Source of the DNA: an uncultured Chloroflexia bacterium
Lineage (GTDB): Bacteria > Chloroflexota > Limnocylindria > Limnocylindrales > CSP1-4
DNA length: 64,000 nt
Assembly (NCBI GenBank): GCA_963752475.1
Contig: CAVVYR010000006.1
Location: 672,001-736,000, forward strand
Reading direction: 5' to 3'
The notes under the pieces are model-generated. The model had not been told where the DNA came from and ran no database searches. It was given only the letters and a program-made list of their open reading frames with translations. The translations under genes were made by a program, and so were the position numbers. Shown piece by piece: positions 1 through 9,968 of the stretch (the stretch's first letter is position 1; the number at the start of each line of letters is the position of its first letter).

Positions 1-38
1 CATCTCGGGGCTGCGAGCTCGCTGACCCGTGCCTTCGG

Positions 39-944
39 CTACAGGCCGGAGTAGGAGTGCAAGCCGCTGAAGAAGAGATTGCCGAAGTAGGTGAAGAGGA
101 CCGCGCCGAAACCGATGACCAGGACGAGCGCGGCTGGGCGCCCACGCCAGTTCGGCTGGCTGCGAGCGTGTAGGTAGACGGCATAGATGAGCCACGTCAC
201 CAGCGCCGATGTCTCCTTGGGGTCCCAGCCCCAGTAGCGCCCCCAGGCGATCGAGGCCCAGTACGAGCCCAGGATGATCATCGTGGCGAAGATGGGGAAG
301 CCGATGACCACCGAGCGATAGGCCACCTCGTCGAGCACCTTGTGACTCGGGAGCCAGTGGAAGCGGTCCTGCTCACCCTGGGCGAGGTAGCCGACCGCGG
401 CCCCGAAGGAGACGGCCAACACGCCGTAGGCGATCATGGCCATGGCCACGTGCACCGTCAGCAGCGGCGGGTTTTCCAGTGCCGGCACCAGCGGCTCGAT
501 GGCCGCCGGGAGCGTGGCGGCATAGCCCGCGAGGAAGAGGGCCACGCCCAGCGGCAGGAACGCGATGGTGCGGATGGGGTAGCGGCGCTGCAGGAAGAGG
601 TAGCCGCCGAGGATGCCCACCGCGAAGGCGATGGAGAACTCGTACATGTTGCCCCACGGCCCGCGCTCGACGATGATCGCGCGCGCCACCAGCGAGCCGG
701 CCATGAGCAGGAAGCTGGCCCACGTCAGGCCGTGGGCGAGGGCGGCGACGGTCTCGGCACCGGGCGGGGTGCTGGCCTCGTCGACCATGGGTGCGGCCCC
801 ATCAGGACCGGCCGTCGCCAGCTGCGGGGATATCACCGTGCGACGTCCCACCGCCAGCAGGGCGGTGTAGGCCACGCTCAGCACGAAGGCGAAGAGCAGC
901 AGCAGCGCGCCGGTGACGAAGAGGTAGTTCGAGAGCGTGGCCAC
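39..944 (-). CDS. ccsA: Cytochrome c biogenesis protein, CcsA/ResC type (system II)
   Basis: Multi-TM protein with WWD motif WGRYWGWDPKET, RGPWGNMYE and C-terminal GLHSY. Confidence 0.93.
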   Translation of the reverse strand: MATLSNYLFVTGALLLLFAFVLSVAYTALLAVGRRTVISPQLATAGPDGAAPMVDEASTPPGAETVAALAHGLTWASFLLMAGSLVARAIIVERGPWGNMYEFSIAFAVGILGGYLFLQRRYPIRTIAFLPLGVALFLAGYAATLPAAIEPLVPALENPPLLTVHVAMAMIAYGVLAVSFGAAVGYLAQGEQDRFHWLPSHKVLDEVAYRSVVIGFPIFATMIILGSYWASIAWGRYWGWDPKETSALVTWLIYAVYLHARSQPNWRGRPAALVLVIGFGAVLFTYFGNLFFSGLHSYSGL

Positions 945-1420
945 TAGGCGACCGCGGCGCCACCCTCAGGTGGACCGTCGGTAGCGACCACCACCGCTGT
1001 GGACGAAGCGGCACCGAGCTTGAACTTCGTGCCACAGCCGGTGCAGGTGTCGATCGCCGCCTCACGCACGGAGCCGTCGACCGGGCAGGTCACCTCGAGC
1101 GGGTTCCCGTCGATCGCGCAGCTCGTCTCTCGAGGCGGGTACACGAGGGCGTGTTCCTCGCAGTACGGCTCGTTGACGGGGAACACCGCCAGGCCGTCAG
1201 CGCCGATCGGCGCGGCGATCGCCTGCGCCCGGGTCCGGCGGATCCTGCCGCGGCGTCGGCTGATGAAATGCCAGCCCCACATCAGGACGATGATGGTCAG
1301 GATGGGCCCGACGACGCCGCCGATGACGACGTAGGGCAGGAGTGCGATGAGCTCTCCCCACGCCGGCACCATCACGGTCGTGAGCCAATCGAGGAACGAG
1401 GTCCACGGGTCGGACGTCAT
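944..1420 (-). CDS. Membrane-anchored protein with Cys/His-rich putative double zinc ribbon
   Basis: N-terminal TM; CEEH, CAIDG, CPVDG, CTGCG; stop overlaps ccsA start; TAATAT 6 nt upstream of ATG. Confidence 0.7.
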   Translation of the reverse strand: MTSDPWTSFLDWLTTVMVPAWGELIALLPYVVIGGVVGPILTIIVLMWGWHFISRRRGRIRRTRAQAIAAPIGADGLAVFPVNEPYCEEHALVYPPRETSCAIDGNPLEVTCPVDGSVREAAIDTCTGCGTKFKLGAASSTAVVVATDGPPEGGAAVA

Positions 1421-1429
1421 GCCGAGATA

Positions 1430-2008
1430 TTAGCGCTGACGTGAACCTTTGGGGCTGCGTTTCGCATTGCCCTTCTTCTTGGTGGCTCCGCGTCCGGGTT
1501 CCCATGACGGACGAGCGTCCTCATCGGGCCGGTACGGGTCGTAGTGTCGCTGGGTGTTGGGCTTGCCCTGGCCGATGCCCACCGGAGCGGCGCCCTTCGT
1601 GGCTCCCTTCGGCCCTCCCGAGACCTGCCGCATCAGCCAGTCGACAGAGCGCGTCTGCCCGCCGGCCCGGTTGGTGCGAGCCTGCAGCGCGCGGTCACGG
1701 GTGACCACGGCTGTGCGGCTGCGACCGGCGAAGGGCTGGGCCCCGAGCAGGTCGATGAGCAGATCGTCCGCGCTACGGCGACCCGCGTGATGGAACTCGA
1801 TGCCACGGGTGGCCTTCTGACGGCCGGCCTGGCCTGGTGCGGCGTGGCCGTCGAGAGCGATGATGATGCGCAGGTGCGTCGGTCGCCAACCGGAGAGCCG
1901 CGGCAGCAGCCAGGCCACGCCGCCCTCGTCGCGCGAACCGCGCACGTCGTGGAGCAGGTTGTCGCCGTCGATGAGCAGCAGGTCGATGTCATCGAGGCTG
2001 ACTACCAT
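1430..2008 (-). CDS. NYN/YacP-like PIN-fold ribonuclease domain protein
   Basis: LLLIDGDNLLH, IIALDG, SADDLL, VVTRDRAL motifs; ATG at 2008 with AAGGAG upstream (track ORF over-extended). Confidence 0.75.
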   Translation of the reverse strand: MVVSLDDIDLLLIDGDNLLHDVRGSRDEGGVAWLLPRLSGWRPTHLRIIIALDGHAAPGQAGRQKATRGIEFHHAGRRSADDLLIDLLGAQPFAGRSRTAVVTRDRALQARTNRAGGQTRSVDWLMRQVSGGPKGATKGAAPVGIGQGKPNTQRHYDPYRPDEDARPSWEPGRGATKKKGNAKRSPKGSRQR

Positions 2009-2014
2009 GGGGTC

Positions 2015-2824
2015 ATGCTCCTTCTCGTCGATCTTGACGGTGTCGTCTACCGGGGCACGGAGAAGATCCCCGGCATGCCCGAGCTGCTGACACAGCGCGC
2101 GGCGGACGGCGACATCATCGTCTATGTCACCAACAACTCGCGTTGGCATCGTACCGAGTATCAGGCGCGCCTCGAGGGTATGGGGGCGCCAGCCCCGCTC
2201 GAGCGCATCCTGACGTCAGCCCGCGGGACCGCGCTGGCCCTTGCGGCCAGGTCGCAGCCGCCGAGACTGACGATGGTCTTCGGGGGCGACGGATTGCGCC
2301 GTGAACTCGAGGACGTCGGCCTGGCCACGGTCGAGTGCTCGTACGAGGGCATGGAGCAGCAGCCCGACGCCATCGTCACCGGCGTCGACTTCGACCTCTC
2401 CTTCGAACGGCTCTCGGCAGCCTCGGCGGTCGTTCGTGCCGGCGCCTTCTTCGCGGCCACCAACCGCGACCCCATCTTCCCCATGGCCGACGGCCTCAAG
2501 GCCGGGGCCGGCGCCATGATCGCGGCCATCGTCACCGCCGCCGGGCGGGAGCCGGACATGGTCATCGGCAAGCCTGAGCCGGGGCTGATGCGTGAGGCGG
2601 CTGCCGTGACCGGTGTGCCCGTCGAGGAGGCGGTCGTCATCGGCGACGGTCTCATCACCGACATCGCGGCCGCCCATGCGGTCGGCGCCCGCAGCGTGCT
2701 CGTGCTGACCGGCGTGAGCACCGCAGAGCAGGCCGCCGCGTTGCCGATGGCGCAGCGACCGACGCTCATCGTGGACGGCCCGGGCGACCTGGGCGCAGCA
2801 CTCGACCGACTGGCGGCGGCCTAG
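2015..2824 (+). CDS. HAD-IIA family hydrolase (NagD-like)
   Basis: DLDGVVY, VTNNS, GKPEP, IGDGLITDI motifs; ATG 2015 preceded by TACCAT 6 nt upstream. Confidence 0.92.
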   Translation: MLLLVDLDGVVYRGTEKIPGMPELLTQRAADGDIIVYVTNNSRWHRTEYQARLEGMGAPAPLERILTSARGTALALAARSQPPRLTMVFGGDGLRRELEDVGLATVECSYEGMEQQPDAIVTGVDFDLSFERLSAASAVVRAGAFFAATNRDPIFPMADGLKAGAGAMIAAIVTAAGREPDMVIGKPEPGLMREAAAVTGVPVEEAVVIGDGLITDIAAAHAVGARSVLVLTGVSTAEQAAALPMAQRPTLIVDGPGDLGAALDRLAAA

Positions 2825-3891
2825 CCTCCGTCGCCGGTCGGAGGGGGGTGCTCGGCGAGCCAGGCCTCGAAGCCCTGTTGGAGCTCTGCCCGCAGCTCTT
2901 CGTCGCGCTGCAGGAAGGCCGCCGCGTACGCGCGGCGCATCGCTCGCGCGACCTCCGCCGGCGTCAGTCCCAGCGACTCGACCGCGCCCACCAGCTCACG
3001 CACGAGCGTGAGGTCGGAGACGGTGCGGTCATCGGTGCTGATGGTGACCGGTACGCCGGCACGCAGGAGTCGGGGCAGGGGGGCAGCGTGGTCGGCCGTG
3101 CCGATCCCCGCCTGCAGGTTGGAGGTGGGGCAGATGTCCAGCGTCACGTCGCGCTCGGTCAGCTCAGCCATGAGCTCGGGGTCGTCAGCGGCCGGTGCGC
3201 CGTGTGCGATGCGCCACGGATCGAGCTCGAGGGCTCGCCAGACCTGCGCCGCGCCACCCCACTCGCCGGCATGACAGGTGATACCGAGCCCGCCGGCTCT
3301 GGCCACCTCCACCGCGTCACCGAAGATGCTCGGGTCGGGCGCCTCCACCTCGACACCGGCGATGTCGAACCCGCTGAGCCCCTGACCCCTGAACTCGAGC
3401 GAGGTACGAGCCACATCGCGAGCGACCACCGGCGAGTGCGTGCGCAAGGCCACGGCGATGAAGCGGACGTGGGTCCCGGCTGTCTCGGCCGCACGGTTCC
3501 CGCCACGGACCACGGCCTCGATCCCATCGTGCAGCGAGAGGCCTCGGTCGAGATGTAGCGATGGTGCCCAGCGGACCTCGGCGTAGACGGTTCCGTCGCT
3601 GGCCACATCCTGGACCAACTCGGCCGAGACGCGCTCCAGGGCAGGGGCATCCTGCAGCAGCGCGATGGGCAGGTCGAAGGCCTGCAGCAGTTCGGCCTGG
3701 TCGGCACAGCGGCGAGGTGCCACCAGGCGGGCTCGCATCGCCGCCTCGTCGGGCGGGGTGTACGGGAGGTCGCGCTCCCGCGCCAGCTCCAGGGCCGTCG
3801 ACGGGCGCACCGAGCCGTCGAGATGCAGGTGCAGCTCGGCCTTGGGCATCGCCTGTAGCCAGTCGCGGAGTCCCAGAGCGGTGGTCGGCAT
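2821..3891 (-). CDS. add: Adenosine/adenine deaminase
   Basis: PKAELHLHLDGS, HAGE, RIAHG, CPTSN, STDD motifs. Confidence 0.9.
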   Translation of the reverse strand: MPTTALGLRDWLQAMPKAELHLHLDGSVRPSTALELARERDLPYTPPDEAAMRARLVAPRRCADQAELLQAFDLPIALLQDAPALERVSAELVQDVASDGTVYAEVRWAPSLHLDRGLSLHDGIEAVVRGGNRAAETAGTHVRFIAVALRTHSPVVARDVARTSLEFRGQGLSGFDIAGVEVEAPDPSIFGDAVEVARAGGLGITCHAGEWGGAAQVWRALELDPWRIAHGAPAADDPELMAELTERDVTLDICPTSNLQAGIGTADHAAPLPRLLRAGVPVTISTDDRTVSDLTLVRELVGAVESLGLTPAEVARAMRRAYAAAFLQRDEELRAELQQGFEAWLAEHPPPTGDGG

Positions 3892-3901
3892 CGGCCCATG
3901 C

Positions 3902-4933
3902 TAGTCGCCCGTATACGTGAGAATGGAAAACGCTAACTGCAACACAAGACAAAAAAGGCCTCGCCCGAGAAGGAAAAAGAGGAAAAGAAGAAAAGAGAGA
4001 AAGAAATATACGCCCAACAGCCCGAGGGCAGCGGGGTGCTCTGCCTCGACGAGTGCGGCCCCTTGAACCTGCAGCCACGCCTCGGAGCGGGCTGGCATAA
4101 GAGCAAGCACCCGGCCCGCCTCAGGGCCACCTACACGCGCACCGCGGGCGTGCGCCAGCTGCTAGCGGCCTACGATCGAGCGAGCGGCAAGCTCTACGGC
4201 CACAACCGGGCGACCAAGACCTGGCGCGAGGTGCGCGAGCTGCTGCGCTCGCTGCGGGCGAGCTGCGACGAGCACCTCATCGTGGTGCTCGACAACTTCA
4301 GCCCGCATCTCAAGAAGGAGCTCCGCGAGTGGGCCGACGCGCACGACATCGAACTCGTGTACCTGCCCACCTACGCGAGCTGGCTCAACCTCATCGAGTG
4401 CGAGTAACAGCGGAACACGCCGGATAGATGAGGAACAGCGCGCGGACAACGAGAAGGTGGCTCTCGCCAGTCCACGAGAGCTCGGTGAGCCCTCCACCGA
4501 CTGGAGTCTGACCAAGCTGCGCGACCACCTGCTCCGGACGCGAGTGGTGCCGACCATCAGCGGGAGCCAGCTCCGGCGCATCATGCGTGAGCATGGCATC
4601 CGCTACCAGCAACACAAGACCTGGAAGGCCTCGCCCGATAAGGACTACGAGGCCAAGAAGAACCGCGTGCTCGACCTCTACGCCCATCCGCCCGCGGGCA
4701 GCCGGGTGCTCTGCCTCGAGGAGAACGGCAACTAGAACGTGCAGAGACGCCTCGGAGCGGGCTGGCATGGGAGCAAGCACGCGGCGCGCCTGGGGGCCAC
4801 CTACACGCGCACCGCGGGCGTGCGCCAGCGCTCGCGGCCTACGATCCCGCGAGCGGCAAGCTCTACGGCCACATGCGGGCGACCAAGACCTGGCGCGAGG
4901 TGCGGAGCTGGCGTCGTTCCTGAGGCGTAGACT
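3902..4933 (+). mobile_element. Degenerate, rearranged IS630-family element (ends approximate)
   Basis: DDE fragment 4036-4407 (LCLDECGP, VVLDNFSPH, LPTYASWLNLIE) lies before the winged-helix fragment 4457-4735 (WSLTKLRDHL…KTWKASPD); internal ~330-bp duplication at offset 670; in-frame stops. Confidence 0.8.
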
Positions 4934-5009
4934 CACAAGTCCCCTGCGACCAATGTGATGCGTCCTGCCTGCGCGGGACGACGAGACCGGAGAGAAGAAC
5001 GAAGAACCC

Positions 5010-6524
5010 ATGCGCCTGAACGTCGAACACCGCCTGCCCTGGGACGTCGAAGCGGACGTCCTCGCCGTCACGGTCCCGGCCGATGACGAGTTGCCGGCAT
5101 ACCTTGCCGAAGTCGATCGCCGTCTCGACGGCACCATCAGCCAGCTCCGCGAAGTGGGTGCGATGAAGGGCAAGCTCTGGGCTGCCCGGCTGCTGCCGGC
5201 GAGCGACATGGCCGCGCGCTTCGTGCTGGTCGTGGGCGTCGGCGACGGCAGCGCCGTCGACCGCCTCGGCGCGCGACGCCTGGGCGCGGTGCTGGTCAAG
5301 AACCTCGCCGGCCTCGACGTGAGCACGCTGGCGGTCCACCTGCCCGATGCGCTGGTGGTCAGCGGCCACGCGCCGCAGGCCGATGTGGTCGAGCTGCTGA
5401 TGCGCGGCATCATCGAGGGCGCCGCCGATCCCAAGGCCATCTACAGCGAGGTCGAGGACGGCGTGCCGGAGCTGGACGAGATCACCTTCGTCGTCGAGTC
5501 GGGCGAGACCGACGAGCTCGCTGCCCGCGCGGAGCGCGGCCGAACCATCGGCGAGGGTGGCAACCGCACCCGCCGCCTGGCTCACCGCGCCGCCAACGAC
5601 GTGAGTCCAGAGGTCCTCGCCGACGAGGCCAGCGATCTGGCCAAGGCGCATGGGCTGGAGCTGACGGTCTTCGGTCCGGAGGAGGCGGAGCAGCTGGGCA
5701 TGGGCATGTTCATGGCCGTCGGTCGCGGCTCGGACAACCCGCCGCGCTTCATCGCCTTGCGCAACGAGCCCGCGCAGCAGACCGATGCCAGCGGCCGCTT
5801 GCTGGCCATGGTCGGCAAGGGCGTCACCTTCGACACCGGCGGCATCAGCCTCAAGCCGTCTCCCAAGATGGACGAGATGAAGACAGACAAGACCGGGGCC
5901 TGCACGGTCATCAACGCCATCGCGACCGCGACCCAGCTGGCCCCGGAACTGCCCATGCTGGCGGTGGCGCCGGCCGTCGAGAACATGCCCGGCCCGCGCT
6001 CGACCCGGCCGGGTGACGTGGTCAAGGCCATGAACGGCAAGACCGTGCAGGTCGACAACACCGACGCCGAGGGTCGCCTCATCCTCGGCGACGCCCTGAC
6101 CTGGGCGGAGCGCCAGGGTGCCACCCACGTCGCCGAGGTATCCACACTCACCGGTGCCATGGCCCGTGCCCTCGGGCGCTACATGACCGGCGGCTTCGGT
6201 ACCACCGACGAGTGGTGGGCCCAGGTCCAGGCCGCTGCCGATCGTCAGGGCGAGCCGCTGTGGCGGATGCCGCTGGTCGAGGACCTGCGCAAGGACCTCG
6301 ACTCGCCGTTCGCGGACATGTCCAACATCGGTGGCCCGGAGGGTGGCGCCATCACCGCCGCTCTGTTCCTCCAGGAGTTCGTGGATGTGCCCTTCGTGCA
6401 CCTCGACATCGCGGGCAGTGCCTACCTGACCAAGGTCGATCCGTTCTCGACGAAGGGCTCGACCGGAGTCATGCACGCCACGCTCGTCGAGCTGGCGCTG
6501 GCCGGGAAGACCGCTGCGGCCTAG
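5010..6524 (+). CDS. pepA: Leucyl aminopeptidase (M17)
   Basis: GKGVTFDTGG, MKTDK, NTDAEGRL, HLDIAG. Confidence 0.95.
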   Translation: MRLNVEHRLPWDVEADVLAVTVPADDELPAYLAEVDRRLDGTISQLREVGAMKGKLWAARLLPASDMAARFVLVVGVGDGSAVDRLGARRLGAVLVKNLAGLDVSTLAVHLPDALVVSGHAPQADVVELLMRGIIEGAADPKAIYSEVEDGVPELDEITFVVESGETDELAARAERGRTIGEGGNRTRRLAHRAANDVSPEVLADEASDLAKAHGLELTVFGPEEAEQLGMGMFMAVGRGSDNPPRFIALRNEPAQQTDASGRLLAMVGKGVTFDTGGISLKPSPKMDEMKTDKTGACTVINAIATATQLAPELPMLAVAPAVENMPGPRSTRPGDVVKAMNGKTVQVDNTDAEGRLILGDALTWAERQGATHVAEVSTLTGAMARALGRYMTGGFGTTDEWWAQVQAAADRQGEPLWRMPLVEDLRKDLDSPFADMSNIGGPEGGAITAALFLQEFVDVPFVHLDIAGSAYLTKVDPFSTKGSTGVMHATLVELALAGKTAAA

Positions 6525-6539
6525 TCCCGGAGCCGACGA

Positions 6540-7238
6540 CTAGAGCTGGATCACCGCCGCCATCACGCCTGCCGCGATCAGCGCCGGACCGAAGGGCACG
6601 GCAGTCTTCATCGAGACGCGTCGGCTGAGCACGAGCGCCAGGACCACGACCGCGAAGCCGACGGTGCCGACGAGGAACCCGGCGAACAGCTGCGTGATGC
6701 CGAACATCAGCCCGAGGCTGACGGCCAGCTTGAGGTCACCCATGCCCAGAGCGCCGCGGAAGATGCGGTCGGTGATGGCCAGCAGCGCCGGGGCCAGGAT
6801 CGCCGCCAGGACGGCCGCGAGGTCGCCCGCGGCGATGAGCACCTGGGTCTTGCCTTCGAGCACGGGGTTGAGCCCGAGCACGAGCATGACCAGCGCATAG
6901 CCCATGAGTGGGAACGTGATGAGGTCGGGCAGCAACTTCTGGTCGAGGTCGGTCGCCAGCAGCACGATGAGCGCCGCGACGTAGACGCCCAGCACCACCA
7001 GATCGAGGGGGTCGGTCCAGCGCCAGGCGAGGAGCCCGAACGAGACGGCCCCACCGAGGACGACCACCGGCGTCCGCCAGTCGAGCCCGCGCACCGATCC
7101 GTCCTCATGCACCGGCCAGCGGGCCGACAGGCGGTCGGCGCCGAAGCCGAAGACGGCACCGACGAGCGCCGCGATGACGGCAGCGATGGTCATCGGATCG
7201 GCCTGCGGCAGGCGAGGGCGGGGCTCGGGCGTGTGCAT
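6540..7238 (-). CDS. A24 prepilin peptidase-like membrane protein (start 7238 or 7193)
   Basis: TDLDQKLLPD, LGMGDLKL, VPFGPAL motifs; no N-terminal Zn-binding domain. Confidence 0.85.
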   Translation of the reverse strand: MHTPEPRPRLPQADPMTIAAVIAALVGAVFGFGADRLSARWPVHEDGSVRGLDWRTPVVVLGGAVSFGLLAWRWTDPLDLVVLGVYVAALIVLLATDLDQKLLPDLITFPLMGYALVMLVLGLNPVLEGKTQVLIAAGDLAAVLAAILAPALLAITDRIFRGALGMGDLKLAVSLGLMFGITQLFAGFLVGTVGFAVVVLALVLSRRVSMKTAVPFGPALIAAGVMAAVIQL

Positions 7239-7465
7239 GTCGGAAGGGTGCCTTCTGGTGGCGCGTCCACGCACCGGCTCGAACGTACTAGCCCGCCCTG
7301 AGCGTGCAACCTGCGTTTGCGGGCTCCCTCGAGCGGGAGTAGCATGGTGACAGCGACCGAGTGCCGTGTTTGGTCGCCCCCCGTGCCCGGGGCGCTGCGT
7401 ACGGCAGCAAGTGGGAGTTGTATTGGAACGTGCCTAGCGCTAGCGCGCGAGCACAAGGAGCCGCC

Positions 7466-8791
7466 GTGCCCTGGCTCCGCCTGTTCGTGCTGATGTTCGT
7501 CGTCGTGCTTGCGGTCCCGGCTGTGCCGGCACCGGCGGTCGAAGCCGCCAGCCTCAAGGACCAGATCTCCGATGCCAAGAAGCGACAGGCGGCGCTGACC
7601 AAGTCCATCAGCAAGTCCGAGAAGCTCGTGGCCGAGCTCCAGCAGGACCAGAAGAACACCAGGGCGGCCATCGTCCAGACGCAAGCGGACATCAAGAAGG
7701 TCACCGCTGACCTGGATGGCACGCGCGAGCGCATCAAGAAGGTCAAGGCGCGCATCCAGAACATCAAGGACAAGCACGCCCGGCTCGTCGAGGAGCAGCA
7801 GCAGACCGACTTCACGCTGGGTCTGCTCGAGCAAGAGCTGGCTAATGGTGAGGCCGATCTCAAGTCGCGCCGCGAGTCCATGGGCCTCCGCTTCGCCGAG
7901 GCCTACCGCACCAACGACACCAGCATCATCGAGCAGGTCTTCACGGCCGACTCGTTCTCCGACGTGCTGACCGACACCTCGGCCTACCTTTCGTACGGCG
8001 AGCAGGATGCCCAGTTGGCGGCACGGATCACGCAGGACCAGCAGGCGCTCGACGCACTCCGGCTGCTGACCACCTCCACTCGCCTGCGCACCGATCAGCT
8101 CCGCCGCGCCACGGAGGACACGTGGGACCAGGTCGTCGACCTGCGTAGGGAGCTGAAGAAGGCCGAGAACCAGCTTGAGAAGCTGAAGAAGCGCAAGGAG
8201 GCGGCCTGGAAGGCGCAGCAGGCCCGGCTGGCTTCGATCATCAAGAACAAGAAGCAGATGCGTGCGGCCGCCTCAGCCATGCGGTCGACCCGCAGCCGGC
8301 TCCAGAGCAAGATCAACTCGCTCATGGCCTCGGCCCAGTCGACGGCTTCCAAGAAGTACGGCGTCCGGGCCGGCAGTGGTAGCGGCCGCATGGTCTGGCC
8401 CGCCAGCGGCACCATCAGCCAGGGCTACGGTTGCACCAGCATCGGCTTCTACCCACCTGGCGGTGGCTGTGCCCACTTCCACGATGGCATCGACATCAAC
8501 GGCGTGAGCGGGTCGGCCATCAAGGCCGCCGACAGCGGCGTGGTGGTCTACGCGGGTCGCAACCCGTACGAGGGCAATGCCGGCGCGATCATCGTCATCA
8601 TCGCCCATGGTGGCGGGGTCTCGACGCTCTACGCTCACCTCAGCTCGGTGTCGGTGAGGGCCGGCCAGTCGGTCGGCCGGGGCAAGGTCATCGGCTATAT
8701 GGGCGCGACCGGCTACACCACCGGCACCCACCTCCACTTCGAGGTCTGGTCGGGCGACTGGAACCCCGTCAATCCGTACGCCTACCTCTAG
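7466..8791 (+). CDS. Secreted coiled-coil M23 peptidase (EnvC/murein hydrolase activator-like)
   Basis: AAGGAG RBS then GTG 7466; signal peptide; long coiled coil; HDGID and HLHFEV. Confidence 0.88.
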   Translation: MPWLRLFVLMFVVVLAVPAVPAPAVEAASLKDQISDAKKRQAALTKSISKSEKLVAELQQDQKNTRAAIVQTQADIKKVTADLDGTRERIKKVKARIQNIKDKHARLVEEQQQTDFTLGLLEQELANGEADLKSRRESMGLRFAEAYRTNDTSIIEQVFTADSFSDVLTDTSAYLSYGEQDAQLAARITQDQQALDALRLLTTSTRLRTDQLRRATEDTWDQVVDLRRELKKAENQLEKLKKRKEAAWKAQQARLASIIKNKKQMRAAASAMRSTRSRLQSKINSLMASAQSTASKKYGVRAGSGSGRMVWPASGTISQGYGCTSIGFYPPGGGCAHFHDGIDINGVSGSAIKAADSGVVVYAGRNPYEGNAGAIIVIIAHGGGVSTLYAHLSSVSVRAGQSVGRGKVIGYMGATGYTTGTHLHFEVWSGDWNPVNPYAYL

Positions 8792-8815
8792 CGCGGCGCC
8801 GGCGTCTCCACCCGG

Positions 8816-9880
8816 CTAGCGGCCGGCGGCGAGCGGGTTCATGTTGGTCCCGTTCTTGCGAACTTCCCAATGCACGTGGGGTCCGGTCGTCCGGCCGGTC
8901 AGGCCGATGGTGCCGACGACCTGTCCACGCTTGACCTTCTGCCCAGCGCGCACCTTCGGCTTGGGCTGCAGGTGGGCGTAGACGGTCTCGTAACCGCCGG
9001 CGTGGCCGATGACCACGATGTAGGCCCGCGCCCCGTCGTCCCACGGACTCCAGCCGACGTAGGCCACGAAGCCATCGGCTGAGGCCTTGACCTTCGTGCC
9101 CTTGGGCCCAACCACGTCCAGGCCATCGTGGAAGTGTTTGCACGAGCCGCGCCTGGGGTTGGTGGGGTAGCCGGTGCAGCCGTAGCGCTGGCTCACCCTA
9201 CCCGCGACGGGCTTGATGAAGCCTCGCACCGAGGCCGTACCGAAGCGACCGGCGCGATCCTTGGAGATCTCGGTCATGGCGAAGATCGCCGCTGCCAGCT
9301 TGTCCTCTGAGCGTTCACGCTCGGACTTGCGAGCCGCGAGGCGCGCCGGCGTCGGCTTGGACAGGCGCGACTGCTTGAGCTTGCGCACCTTGGCCTCCTT
9401 CTTCTTGGCCTGGCGTACCTTCTTCTCGAGCTGCTTGACCTGCTTCTGTAGCTTCCGGACCTGCTTGCGTAGCTTGGGCTTGTCGACCTTCTGCGTTCCG
9501 GCCGGGTTGGGGCGGACACGGGTCTCGCGGGCCAACGCCAGCTTCAGCTTGCCCAGCCGCTCGCCCGCGAGGTCAGCCTTGCGGTCGGCGGTCTTGCGCC
9601 GCGCGATGGCTTTGGCCAGCTTCCGCTTGGCGGTCTTGAGCAGCTTGGCGTGGTTCCTGCGCTGCTTCTGCAGGCCCTCGATCTGCTTGTCGGCGCGCCG
9701 CATGGCCGACTCGGCCGCGACCTGGCGCCCGCGGTAGATGGCCACGGTGCTGGTGCCACCGGCTTCTACGGGCTCAGGTGCCACGAGGCCGGCGGACAGC
9801 ACCAGCGCCACCGCCAGCAGCGGTGTCAGCAGGCGCCAGGTCAGCTCGACCCGACCCGGGGATCGGCGTGCTCGGAACAT
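8816..9880 (-). CDS. Secreted Lys/Arg-rich coiled-coil M23 peptidase
   Basis: Signal peptide; HDGLD, YAHL, TGPHVHWEV. Confidence 0.88.
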   Translation of the reverse strand: MFRARRSPGRVELTWRLLTPLLAVALVLSAGLVAPEPVEAGGTSTVAIYRGRQVAAESAMRRADKQIEGLQKQRRNHAKLLKTAKRKLAKAIARRKTADRKADLAGERLGKLKLALARETRVRPNPAGTQKVDKPKLRKQVRKLQKQVKQLEKKVRQAKKKEAKVRKLKQSRLSKPTPARLAARKSERERSEDKLAAAIFAMTEISKDRAGRFGTASVRGFIKPVAGRVSQRYGCTGYPTNPRRGSCKHFHDGLDVVGPKGTKVKASADGFVAYVGWSPWDDGARAYIVVIGHAGGYETVYAHLQPKPKVRAGQKVKRGQVVGTIGLTGRTTGPHVHWEVRKNGTNMNPLAAGR

Positions 9881-9968
9881 GCTGGTGATGCTCGCGAGCA
9901 GCGGGTATCGAGGGCATTACCTCGAGGAGGGACCCCCGGAGTACCTTCGGTCCGACGGCTGGTGTGGT

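Noticed and set aside
3901-4130. Phe/Leu-rich small membrane ORFs on the minus strand
   Set aside because: By-product of the A-rich degenerate IS copy
3913-4700. Bona fide diversity-generating retroelement
   Set aside because: No reverse transcriptase or Avd in the window; the putative VR is normal IS630 coding sequence; kept only as a probable artefact finding
4863-6476. Long antisense ORFs (e.g. 4863-6476, 9738-11138, 20796-22235, 31397-33172, 33169-34926)
   Set aside because: Stop-poor shadows of well-supported genes in high-GC DNA; no motifs
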